Assembly: GCA_965202585.1 (NCBI GenBank)
Contig: OZ241834.1
Span: 13,826,001-13,890,000, forward strand
Length of the DNA stretch: 64,000 bases
Reading direction: 5' to 3'
Origin: Thalia democratica
Lineage: Eukaryota
Shown one piece after another: positions 35,154-46,305 of the stretch. Numbering within the stretch: the first letter of the stretch is position 1; each line of letters begins with the position of its first letter. The translations under genes were made by a program, and so were the position numbers. Under the pieces are notes generated by a model that did no database searches, was not told the DNA's origin, and saw only the letters and a list, made by a program, of their open reading frames with translations.

Positions 35154-36386
35154 TATAACTCTCCGCTGTTATTTCTCTATTTTCATCTTTGTTTGGTTGT
35201 GTATTTATGTATATTGTTGGGTTCTGCTTTGAATGTTTCCTGATTTGTAGTTGCAGTTTGAGCAGTATTAGATATTGATGTTGGAAAGTGAGAATCTGCT
35301 AACAGCTCGGAGTTACTTTGTTGGTCTCGCCTCTTAAAGCTTGACGCTTTATCGGCCGAGTGTGCACGCTTTGTGTGCTTCTTGACCATGTCAGAGATGT
35401 GGGTTGTTGACATGGCCTTGGGGTTCTTATTTTTGGAACTCATTCTTCCAGGAAAAAGCTAACCGCGGAGTTTCCGTGAAGAAATCAATTGCAATTAGCC
35501 GAGATAGAACTCAGAAATGCAAACAGATAAGAATTCTCCGCAATTAACCAAGTCAACGCTCAGTAATGCGAATTGATGCGAATTCTGATGCAATTAACCA
35601 AGTTGGAACTCAGTAATGCGATCTGTTGATTTTTCACCGCACTTAACCGAGGATGAGCTCAGTAGTGCGAACTGGAAACGAGGTATAGCTAGTCGAGGCT
35701 CGACTTAGTGTAATAATGACCACTTACCGTAGTCAATTAAAAATTAAAAAAATACTTAACAAATGCTACTTTCGTAATCTACCGTTAACTTACTATATTC
35801 TAACTTAGATAATTGTAAACTTAGTTAGTTAAATTAAACTGTTAGATAGAGAATTGCTAACACAAAGTTTATTTTACACAAGAAAACTAATATTACGATA
35901 CAAAAAAGAGACACTCACACTCGTGCAGGACAAAAGCTCAGGAACTAAATTACCACAACAAATCACTGGGCTAACTACTACAAGACGTGTCGAGCTGGTT
36001 TCTAACGCCGGTAATCGTTTCGGGTTGAAACTCAATCTCTCGATCTAACGTTTTAGCGGACTGGCTATATGAAAAACAAGCCTCTTCGCTTAAAGAGTAA
36101 TCTAACAAAGCCCTCTCTAAGTGATAACAAACGCCTAATACGGCCTTATGCCGAATGTATTCGTTAAGTGAGTCAAAACTAAAAGCCCTCGCTGACTGCG
36201 AAATAAGAATGTCTCTTCACTAAGTGTATAATCAAAAACCCTATGCCGAATGCCCTTTCGCTGAATGTATAATAAAAGTGCCCACGCCCTTCTTGCGACG
36301 TCTATTTTTATGCAGTCTGCTTCTCGAAGAAAAAAAGATTTCTCTTCTCTTCACAAAAGCAGTGCGAAGCAGGCGCAATGCTTACA
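35154..36386 (-). repeat. 5' LTR (1233 bp), TGTAAG...GTTATA
   Basis: Direct repeat of 19926-21157; followed on the minus strand by a TGG-starting PBS. Confidence 0.96.
35722..35730 (-). promoter_or_regulatory. Candidate major splice donor in the LTR (ACG|GTAAGT); twin at 20493-20501
   Basis: Consensus donor located between the LTR AATAAA and the Gag ATG. Confidence 0.55.
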
Positions 36387-37476
36387 ATGCTTTTAATTCG
36401 AATTTTAGTTTAAAGATAACTCAAAAACTTAATACTATTTTAAGTAGTATAACAACATAGAAAATATACTGTTAAGCTACTTTACTTGTGTTTAAAAAAA
36501 AAAATTTAATGATTACAAAAAAAAATTATATTAACAATATCTTTTTTGTGTCAATCAATATTTTACTACTTAGCATGTAAAAATTGTTTAAGATTCCAGA
36601 TTTTTTAGTGATTTTTGTTCAAAATTTCATGCTTTTAGTTCTCTACAATTAAGTACAAGTTTAATATTTTATGTAACAAGTTTATATGTGTACTATACCT
36701 CTTTATAATTTACCTTTAACTTGTAGCTTAGTTAAAATTTAATAAAATATGACTAAATTATGAAAAAGGTGATTTGATAATTTATTTTTCTACAATGGCT
36801 TAGTATTTAGCAATACTTATCTGATGACCAACTAAACAAAACATAAATAAACTTTTCAAACTTATAAAACAAGTATTTTATGTATAGGTTATTTAACATA
36901 AGTTAGTATCAAGACAAAATTTAAAAACAAATATGTATGTTTATATATCGCTTAATTACTGAACATATTATAAGAAAAAACTACTAAAGCCATTTTGATT
37001 ACTAAACTTTAACTTAAAAGCACTGAACTAAAACTAAACGCCTATAAATAACTTTACAGAATGTCTCTTTGATTAAATCGTTTTTAAAAATAGACAATGT
37101 GACAAATAAAGTCAAAAAGTTTGTTTATATTTCTTAGAGTAGAATAATTTTGCTATAAAAGGTTACTTAGAGATTTTTTATCTTATAGGAGTTTTTACTC
37201 ATTTAAACTGTTTTTTTTAATAAAGTTTTATCACTTAATTGTTTTACAGACAAGCTGAAAATTAAACAATGTGTTTTATTAAAAAAAATATGTTATATAT
37301 AAACAAGTACGCATACTACTTTTTTTTTCTACACAGGTAATTTCACATAATAATTTTTTTGAATTTAATAACCACTGCCTTGAGCAGTCAAACAATATAA
37401 CTTGAGAAGTAGTAAAACTGTATAAATCAATTTGAATATAGCAGATTTAAATAAGTCAACCACTAATAAAACTCAC

Positions 37477-37653
37477 ACTAGATGCTTTAGTTTTAGTATT
37501 CAAAATCTTCGAAATTCCAAAATCTGAAAGCTTGACAACACGAAACTTTTTATCCAATAGAACGTTATTTGTGTTCAAATCACGGTGTAGAATATTTTGT
37601 GAATGTATGTATTGTAAAGCAACAACAATTTGAATAAAAAGACTTGCAATTTT
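37477..37653 (-). CDS. NEK8: NEK8 exon 5 (catalytic loop, DFG)
   Basis: KIASLFIQIVVALQYIHSQNILHRDLNTNNVLLDKKFRVVKLSDFGISKILNTKTKASS; GTGAGT donor. Confidence 0.93.
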
Positions 37654-37858
37654 CTACATAAAAAAATAGATATCAGAAAAAATTTTTAATAATGCTGAAG
37701 CAATATTTTTATCATATTTTACCAGTATATTTAAATATTATTTCAATTAATTACACTAGTATTGCTAAAAGAATTGCAAAGACCATTTTATTTATTTGCT
37801 GCAAGTTACTGTATACTATGTAATTGCATAACTAACTGATTTGATAAAAAAAAATTAC

Positions 37859-37911
37859 CTCCTCCTTCAATAATGATGTTTGTTGACCAAGAAAATAATT
37901 TAGTGTTCCAC
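37859..37911 (-). CDS. NEK8: NEK8 exon 4
   Basis: GGTLNYFLGQQTSLLKEE; phases match the flanking exons. Confidence 0.9.
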
Positions 37912-38241
37912 CTAAAAATTAATAAATCTTTTTATAACTTTTTTTGACTTTTTCAATATAAAAGCATAATGTGTAAGTAAAAACTTCAAGGTTGATTTCT
38001 TATTGTTAATTTCTGTGCTTATTTATAATTATATACTTTTGCACAACTTTTATTAAGTCTACTTTAAAAAATTAAACTATAATACTCTGCTAATACAGTT
38101 GACTTTGAATTACTTATGTGACTATGACTACTATCTATAATGAGAAATCTTATCACATGTCTGTATACACTTAGCAAGCTTAGTTTCCATTTTACAGTTA
38201 CAGATCAGGTAAGATTTTCCTTTTTCTGATACTAGTAATGA

Positions 38242-38637
38242 TAATGGGTAGCTGTCAAATTTGCACGAGCGTACAAAATTGCACTAGACACTTTTGCACA
38301 AAGGGTCAATTTGCACTAACAGATAATTTTGCACAGAGAGATTATTGCACGGATTTAGTTTTTTAATTATTATTTTATTTTACTATTACTGTTACCCTTT
38401 ACCCTCGGTTCGTAACTATTTTTTTAATGTTTTTTTTTTTTCTGTTTTTTTACTCTCGTGCAAAAATGTAACTTGTGCAAAATTGACCCTTGGTGCAAAA
38501 CTGTCTTTGTGCAATTTTGTTCCCTTGTGCAATTTTGTGCCCTCGTGCAAATTTGTCTTTGTGTGAAAGTATCTTGGTGCAATTTTGTGCACTCCTGCAA
38601 TTTAGTCCCTTTGTGCAATTTAGACCCGTTCCCATTA
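38242..38637. repeat. Fold-back element with inverted arrays of TTGCAC/GTGCAA subterminal repeats
   Basis: About 6 TTGCAC units on the left, about 10 GTGCAA units on the right; TAATGGG/CCCATTA ends. Confidence 0.75.
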
Positions 38638-39641
38638 TAATATATCATATACTGGAGACCATAGTTGTCATTAAGCAACTACATATAGCCAAAAATTACT
38701 GAGCATGACATTTTAAGTTTAAACAATTAATTTAAAGTAAGTATCAATAATTCTTTCTTTTCCTGTATTCTAGTAAACTTACTAAAATAGGGTTTCAAGT
38801 GGACCAAGTAGATCCCTTGGGACTATTAGCAGCAAAGGGGCCAGGGGGAGGAGCCATGAGGTCATATTTGAAACTTACACTAGATACACTGGAGTTGATG
38901 ATAAAGAGCAATAAAAGAGGTCTTCAGCAATTTTAATAGTAGTTTTATGAGAAATCTTGTTGGAGGGGGCATAGCTAATTATTTTCTTTAAACAGGGCCA
39001 TTTAGAAAAAGTTTGGGAAGCCCTATACATAAGGCTTCTACATTTATGTTAATGTTATTGTATTAGTCACAATCTTCATTAAAATTGCCTTTTCAGAAAA
39101 TGCAACCTTTGAGTTTTCAGCAACAAAAAATACATTTGGCAAATTTCATACAAAAAACTAGTGCGAAATTTCAGTTTGTTTAAAAAAAAACAGTCAAGAT
39201 AGGCGTTTTTGATTTTCTGAAAATAAGCCTAATGTAAACTGCATAGGAGCCAAAAATTGCATCCTTAGAGTTTTCAACTGAAAACTGTTTTACATTTGGC
39301 AATTATCTAAAAACTACTAAATGTATTTCTCTCTCGAATTGCTTTTAATACCTTTGCAAATCTCTAACTATTTTTATCTTATTTTCTCTAGGCAAAACAG
39401 CAGTATGCCTTACAAATTATTACTTAAAATAATTACTTAAAAAGAAATTTGTAAACAGATTGTGAATTTTATTATTCACTATTTGTTTTACAAAATTTGA
39501 AAATGTGTAGGAAATAAACGAAACTTTTGTGTACTTAATAGTTTCTTGTGTACTATATCTAAGAGAAGTTTTAAGCTTTAAGATTGTTAAAACTTAAAAC
39601 AACTTTATTATTTATTCTACAAAACGAAATACGAAACTTAC

Positions 39642-39726
39642 CTTGTGCATATTCCATTGCAATTACTAGATTTTTTTCATCTATAAAATTTTCATAGTAC
39701 TTAATTATATTTGGATGATGTAAACG
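39642..39726 (-). CDS. NEK8: NEK8 exon 3
   Basis: RLHHPNIIKYYENFIDEKNLVIAMEYAQ; CAG acceptor, GTAAGT donor. Confidence 0.93.
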
Positions 39727-40268
39727 CTGTAAAAAATTAAAAAAATAAATAAACTAAAACTATGAACTGTTTAAGAATGTATTAAAATTATTAATTTTAG
39801 ACAAATTTATATAATATTTTTTTTTAATTACATGCTACTTTTTGAAAAGAAAATTAAAATTATTCAGATCAACATTTTTAATTTTTAGTCATCATTGAAT
39901 ATTTTATTTAGAAACATAGGTGAAGACCAAGCCAGAAAATAAGTTTTTAAGTAACAAAACAACAGTACAAAGAAAAAATGTAATATATTACTGTCTAAGA
40001 TTAATATTTTAAAAGTAGGCAAATGACTTGTAAGGTTGATATGTAGTAGACATCTTTACACATTTTTACAACTTAATTATTTTTCACTAAATAAGCACAA
40101 TTATTTCTACTTTTTAAATTTCTACAAGGCTTAAGCAGTTACTTTTGTTAAGAAAATCATTTTGTTGATGTTTAAACTCTTTTAGTTTATGTTAAATTGC
40201 ACAAAATAGAATTTATGTAGAAATTTTTAACATTAAAAATTAACAACAAACTTGATCTTTTGATAACA

Positions 40269-41724
40269 CAGGGTCGTCGCCTATCTTTAATTAAAAAACT
40301 GCCCAGAATGACCTAAAACTGCCCTGAGTCATCCTGAGTTTCTTTTCAAATGCTTAAGGGCATAGGGAGGTCTGACATTTTTTTTTTACTAAAAATAACA
40401 TTGGATCTTATATAAAAGCTTGAAGTACAAACTACAGCCAGTTTTTATAAAACTAAAAAATCTTATTAACTTTTGAGATATTGTAATTTTTATAAAAATT
40501 TTCCAATACAAACGTATGGACCGCAAATTTTTCAGGGTCAATTTTCTTGGAAATTTAAAAAATCACTAAAAACCTATCTTCTCCTTCATTTTTTTAGCTA
40601 GAAACCTGAAACTTTCAGGGAGCGTTCCTTTTATAGTTTATAAGACTTTAAATGTTGGAATTTTAAAATTTTTAAAAGAAAATTGACAAATAAAAGAAAA
40701 ATATAGGTGGTTTTGATTTAATAAAAATTTTATTTTTCAAAATTTCAAAAATTCCTGCATTCAATATTTTTAAAATCTAATAATACTCTTTCTCTTAAAA
40801 TTTGAAGAAGATTGCTTAAGAAATGAAGGAGGAGATAGATTTTTAGTGAAATGGCCTATTTTTTGCGTTTTTAGTTTGCGCCTTCCATTAAGAACCTTTT
40901 AAGGTGACCGACTTTAATCGCTCATATCTCAAAAAATACTTTGAATTTTTTCAAGGGGTTAAAAATGTCTGATAGCCTAGATAAAACTCTATAAAATAAG
41001 ATAAACTTGTAAAAATCAAGGTGGACCCCCCTATGCCCTTAATAACAAATTTAAAGCCTCTGGTGCAAACTACTTATACCTCATGTTCACTTTTCTTCCT
41101 CATAAATTGAAGGAAGGTTGTATTTGTATGCTTCTGCATTAAATGTTCACTAAATTTATGAGAAATAATATTTTTGAAGGTTAAAGAAAGTTGTATAGAC
41201 TTATTTTTTAGTATTTTTACTGAAAACAAGTGTTTATAAGTAATGACAAACAACTTTACCTAGGAACTTAGGACATATAAAATAATATAATTTTACTCAA
41301 TTATATAAGTAACTAAAATTATAAAGTATTTATAAAAATTTTAATGTATATTTAAACTTTTATATCTCTAAACTCTTTCTGTTAAATATAACCTATAATC
41401 ATGATAAACATTAATTTCAGTTTTAAAACAAAAATGAAATTTATAATATTAGTGAAGAACTAGTCTCAAGGCTAAAAAATTCTAAATAGGCATTTCAAAA
41501 TCAATATAAATCATGTTCTTGACAAAATAGCTTATACAAATAACAAAATATTTAAATTGGATCAATTGAATCTTATTCTAGATCTAGAAAAAATCTGCGC
41601 TGAGATTTTTAAAAGGTCAAAACATCCATAGTTATTCTGAGTTACCCTCATTCTCCCTGAGATTTTATAGCACTTTAAAATATCCTAAGTTTCCCCTAAG
41701 TATTCTGAGTGTGTAGCAACCCTG
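40269..41724. mobile_element. CAGGG-ended MITE, 6-bp TSD ATAACA, with a nested TTAA element
   Basis: CAGGGT.../...ACCCTG termini; CCTGAG subterminal repeats; ATAACA on both sides. Confidence 0.8.
40358..41038. mobile_element. Kolobok-like MITE (TTAA TSD, GGGCATAGGG termini)
   Basis: TTAA|GGGCATAGGGAGGTC ... GACCCCCCTATGCCC|TTAA. Termini starting with RR plus a TTAA target fit Kolobok rather than piggyBac. Confidence 0.75.
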
Positions 41725-42216
41725 ATAACAGTAAATATTTCATACAACATAGTTACCAAAAAAATTTCTGTAATTTTTTTTCAGGTTTTCTGAATTTCTT
41801 TCAGATTTTAAAAAAACAAGATCTCTGGTCCTTCTTTAGTTAAAAATTAAAATTAAGTTTTAAATAAGAAATTAAATAGTATAACAACATTAATAAGATA
41901 CTATAAATCTAGTTTAAATATGTTTAAAAAAAATAAAATCATTATATGATAGCTTTTTGTATATAGTCAAAATTTTGTTACTTTACATGAAAAATAGTTT
42001 AAAATTCCAGATTTTTTTCAAAAACTTTCAAATTCTAGGTTTTTCCAGGATTCTAGGTTTTTTGCAAAGTCTGATAAAATAAATCTTAATTAAAAATTTT
42101 ATCAAAAATACATATTTAATTATATTGTTACATAAAAGAAACTGTTTTAATAAAACTAAGACTGTGGTTATTAAAACGCTTTATAGGGTATGATAGTTGT
42201 TTATAGTTTAACTAAC

Positions 42217-42337
42217 TTTCAAAATTTGAACTTCAACAATTGCTGAACTTCTTTCATCTTTAGTCATATCCTCTACATTTATTTCTTTCAAAATTAGAAG
42301 CTTCTTATCTCTAATACGACTTGTAAGATAAACAGTT
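42217..42337 (-). CDS. NEK8: NEK8 exon 2 (beta3 Lys, alphaC Glu)
   Basis: AG..GT bounded and phase-consistent; TVYLTSRIRDKKLLILKEINVEDMTKDERSSAIVEVQILK. Confidence 0.92.
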
Positions 42338-42697
42338 CTACAGAAAAAAGTTTATTACATATTCATAATTTTAGATAGCTAGGTTCAGAATAGTATTATA
42401 CCAGATACTCTTACAGAGAATTAACTTAGCTGCCAAATTATACACATAGTGTACTTTTTACTTTAAAGATGACAATCAAAGTTCTCAACTTAAACATAAG
42501 GAGAATGATCAGATATATTTTTTTTATTTCATTAACAAAACAATGTTTCACTCGCTTGAAACTAGTCAAACAAGATCAACAGTTGAATAGAATCTGTAAA
42601 AATTTTAACATTTTAGTATACTTACTTATTTATTTGTTTGAGTTTTTAGATTATAATATTAATAAGTAGCTTACATTTTTCAAAATTTAAGATAAAC

Positions 42698-42918
42698 TAA
42701 CCTAATAACATTATGATTTTTCTATATTAATAACTTTAAACTATAAGTTTTATTTAGATTTTATTCAGTTTTTTGTTTTATTTTTTTTAATTTCCTTTGT
42801 TTCAAGTTTAGCCTTTTGTCTTCCTGCATGTTATTGTTAAAATTTTTACAGATTTTATTCAACTGATGATCTTGTTTGACTAGTTTCAAGCGAGTGAAAC
42901 ATTGTATTAATAATAAAA
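42698..42918 (+). mobile_element. Solo Penelope pLTR fragment with hammerhead core (42853-42918)
   Basis: About 220-bp close match to 1455-1677. Confidence 0.85.
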
Positions 42919-42984
42919 GTTAAAACTTATAATTGAAGTTTTACATATAACAAAACAATGATAAATAATGAAGTTCACCACAGG

Positions 42985-43143
42985 ACCATCAACTACAGCA
43001 TCCGAGACAACCTATGATTCATTTTGTAGTTATTAGTACTAATCAGGCAGGCATAAATGCAAGAAACTGCTGTTGACATCAACCAAGCAGGTTCAAGTGC
43101 ATATGCACTGAAGCAACCGTTTGTGGGAAAAGTTTATAAAATT
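42985..43143 (-). mobile_element. Third, degenerate copy of the 165-bp hammerhead repeat
   Basis: CAGCATCCGAGACAA...GTTTGTGGGAAAAGTTT matches the other two copies. Confidence 0.65.
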
Positions 43144-43168
43144 AATGAAACCTAACCCATTATAAGTA

Positions 43169-44299
43169 CAGGGTTGCCACTTTTATTCAAAAAAATTTTT
43201 TAGCTTTTCTAAATTTCTTCCAGGTTTTTCAGATTTTCTTCCAGGTTTGTGAAAGCACATCTTTTTTTGATATTTTTTAGTATTAAGTTATTATTTAGTT
43301 AAAAAACTGCTGGTCATAAGATATAAACTAATTAAAACTTACTGCAAGTATTGCAATTTATTTATTATGTTGGAACCTGTACAAATTCTTTTAAAATGGT
43401 TGTTCAAAACCAATATGTTTGTTTAATACAAATAGCTAAAAGTCTACTTTTTTTTTCTCAGTTTGAATGTGTTATCTTTCATTAACTCATATTAAACTAT
43501 TTTATTAAATGATCATTTGATATTTTAAAAGTTGCTTAATTAGCTAATATATACTTTTTCTAAAGAGATCTAAGTCCTGAAGTAAGAGCTAGAACTGAAA
43601 TAAAAATTAACAAGTATGCAGAACTAAAATTTGTTATAATTTACTATTTTTCTTTGACTTCTACTTGCTTCTATTGACACTTTTCTTTCACAATAATTTT
43701 CAAAGTAAAACTTCAATTTTATCCCTTTATAGATTATTCAATTTCTGTATTTTAACTAAGTAAAACAGCTAGTTAAACTGATATTTCATTAAAATATACA
43801 TAGATTGTAAGTAATACTTTTCAAGCTTTATAAAACTTTATTTTAATAAAAAAAAATTGTCTAAAGTATATCAAATTCATCTTGTTTTAAAATAGAAGAA
43901 TAACAACATACAAAATGTGCATTGTTCAGTTTACTATATTTTTTGTTAAAAAAATTTGAATAGTTTTGTGTTCACTTCATATTTTTCTGTATAAAAATTG
44001 TAATATTTTTTTACAAGTACAAAGTAATATTTTTATTTCTTTCCTAATGACTTCAAATCACTAACAATATCAACAAAAAGTTAATGTTAAAACATTTTAT
44101 TTTTCATAGCAACAAAGTTAGCTAAAAAACTAAAACTACAGATTTATAAGTCATAAAAACTATAAATACTTTAATTTTATCTATTTTATAAAAATTAATA
44201 GAACCTCAAAATTAAAAACTTAGGTTTTTCTAGGTTTTTTTTTGCTTAAATTTTCAAGTTCCAAGTTTTTCCAGGTTTCAAGGTAAAGTGGCAACCCTG
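43169..44299. mobile_element. CAGGGTTGCCAC MITE, 6-bp TSD TAAGTA
   Basis: Perfect TIR CAGGGTTGCCACTTT; TAAGTA on both sides; CCAGGTTT subterminal repeats. Confidence 0.88.
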
Positions 44300-44994
44300 T
44301 AAGTATAAAACTTTCAATACAAAACTGATTCTAATAAGGTAAATAATTGAAAAACACAACTTAGCACAATATTTATTATAAAATTTTCTATAAAATATTT
44401 AGTAAATCAAAAGTGGTGTTTGTAAAAAGTTTTTTTTTACAAAATTATTTAACAAATTTACTTCACTTATTGTCTAAGTTTTATTATTTTCTAATTAATT
44501 CATAAAGATATTCACAGAAAAAATTACTTTCATTTAAACATTCCAACAATGAAATTATATTTATTAAATTGTTGCAGGGTTGCAACTCATTTAGAATCAA
44601 AAAATCAGCCTGAGTTTCAACAATTTAGCTTAAAAATACTATAAGATTAAAACAGAAAAAAATTGAATAAAAATACAATTTAAAAAAGTATTTGAAGTTA
44701 AAAACTACTTAAGACTTTGGAAAAATATGACAACTTTCTAAAATAGACGGATTTTATAAAAAAATACAAACAAGCGTGAGTAAGTCTGGATTTTTTTTAT
44801 CTCAAACTAGCCTGAGCTATCCTGAATTGCCAGAGTGTCTGGCAACCTTGAATGTGTTTTGGAAACAGCATTAAAAGTCATATTCATTTCAAACATTTCA
44901 GAGCAAAAACTTAAGACTTACTTATTTTCAGCTAATGATATAAAAAACAAACTTAAAAATTAAATTACCAAAATACATTTTTGTTACAACTAAC

Positions 44995-45041
44995 CCAAAA
45001 GCGCCTTTACCAATCATCTTTATTTTTCGATACTTCTCCAT
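44995..45041 (-). CDS. NEK8: NEK8 exon 1 (start, Gly-rich loop)
   Basis: Translates MEKYRKIKMIGKGAFG (NEK8 family MEKY...GxGAFG); GTTAGT donor, phase 2. Confidence 0.9.
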
Positions 45042-45863
45042 CTTTTTTCATTATTTATATATTTTTTTTTTCATTCTTTTCTTATTTTGTTCATAAAAAT
45101 CTTAAAGTTATACATTTATAAATTCCACAAATACAATATTTTCTAAAATTTCTGTGCTGCAATTGTAAGTAAGTAAGTTGTGCTGCAACAAAAAAACAAT
45201 GTCAATTCAATCATGTAATCACTCCCTACAACCAGGGGTCAGCAAGTCAAAAATGTAAATTTTTATATGGTAAAAAAACTTACTTTTTACAAAACTAAAA
45301 CAAAAAAAATAAGGTGATAGATTATCATTTAAATATAATACCAATTTTTTTAAAATTAAAATTAAATTGCATTAAATTAAGTGAAATAAAAGTTTGATTT
45401 TAGCCCACACCACAGTTTTCCAATTCCTAGCCTAAGCTATTGTATTTACCAACTGATTTGCAAAATTTAGAGACTACTATAAAATATTTTTAATTTTCTT
45501 ATTGTAATCAGTTTTCTCAACTTTAGCTAATCAAGTACAACCAAAAATTAGAAAAAAAAATTTTATTTAGATAATAGGAAATAGTCAAAATACAAGTAAT
45601 ATTGATTTTCCTCTCTTTCTCATATTTCCTAACTTCAGCATGGGATATCTAACACATTATAAATACATAATGCAGTTATTTTTATATTGTTTTAAAAAAC
45701 AAACCTTTGTCAGTAAAAAAATTCAAAATATATTAACAATCATTACTGCAACAGGGCTCCTTTAAAAAATTAACACTTATGCTGATTTTTAATAGGAAAA
45801 TTTATTCTATTATCACCACGTTTTTTAAAAGATTTATTTAAATAGATAAAACAATCAAGTTAA

Positions 45864-46305
45864 GGACATAGGGGGGTAAACACCCTTATTTAGTTTTAGA
45901 TCTTATTTTATATATTTTTTACTAAGCTACAGGATGCTTTTTACAGATTTTAAAAATTCAAAATAATTTTTGAGATATAGCAAATCAAAGTCGGAGGTAA
46001 CAATAGGTTCCTTACGGGAGGGGAAACTAAAACGGTAAAAATAGACTATTTCACTAAAAATCTATCTTCTCCTAAGTTTTTTGAGATAACTACCTCAAAT
46101 TTTCAGGAAATGTTCCTTCATATATTTAGAAAATTCTGTCGGAAGGGATTTTTAAAATATTAAAATTTTATATAAAAAACAAACAAAAAAAAGTTTTTTT
46201 TAGTTTTTTTGTTATAAAGTTTTTAATTTGTAATTTTTTTAAATTCTGTTGCGACAGAATTTTTTTAATATTTCAAGGAACATTTCCTGAAAACTTGAGG
46301 TAGAG
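45864..46305. mobile_element. Truncated copy of a Kolobok-like fold-back MITE
   Basis: TTAA|GGACATAGGGGGG start; shares arms with 47566-48160. Confidence 0.7.

Larger units (their letters stand above)
19926..36386 (-). mobile_element. Full-length env-bearing Ty3/gypsy LTR retroelement (CsRn1-like RT), 16461 bp
   Basis: Two near-identical LTRs; 4-bp TSD ATGC (19922-19925 and 36387-36390); PBS, PPT, gag, PR-RT-RH-IN pol and three extra ORFs. The clade call rests on PVKHNHVLDI upstream of RT plus the 4-bp TSD and is an inference. Confidence 0.97.

Noticed and set aside
38345-38702. Five overlapping Cys-rich ORFs
   Set aside because: Produced by the TGCAA/TTGCAC repeat array.
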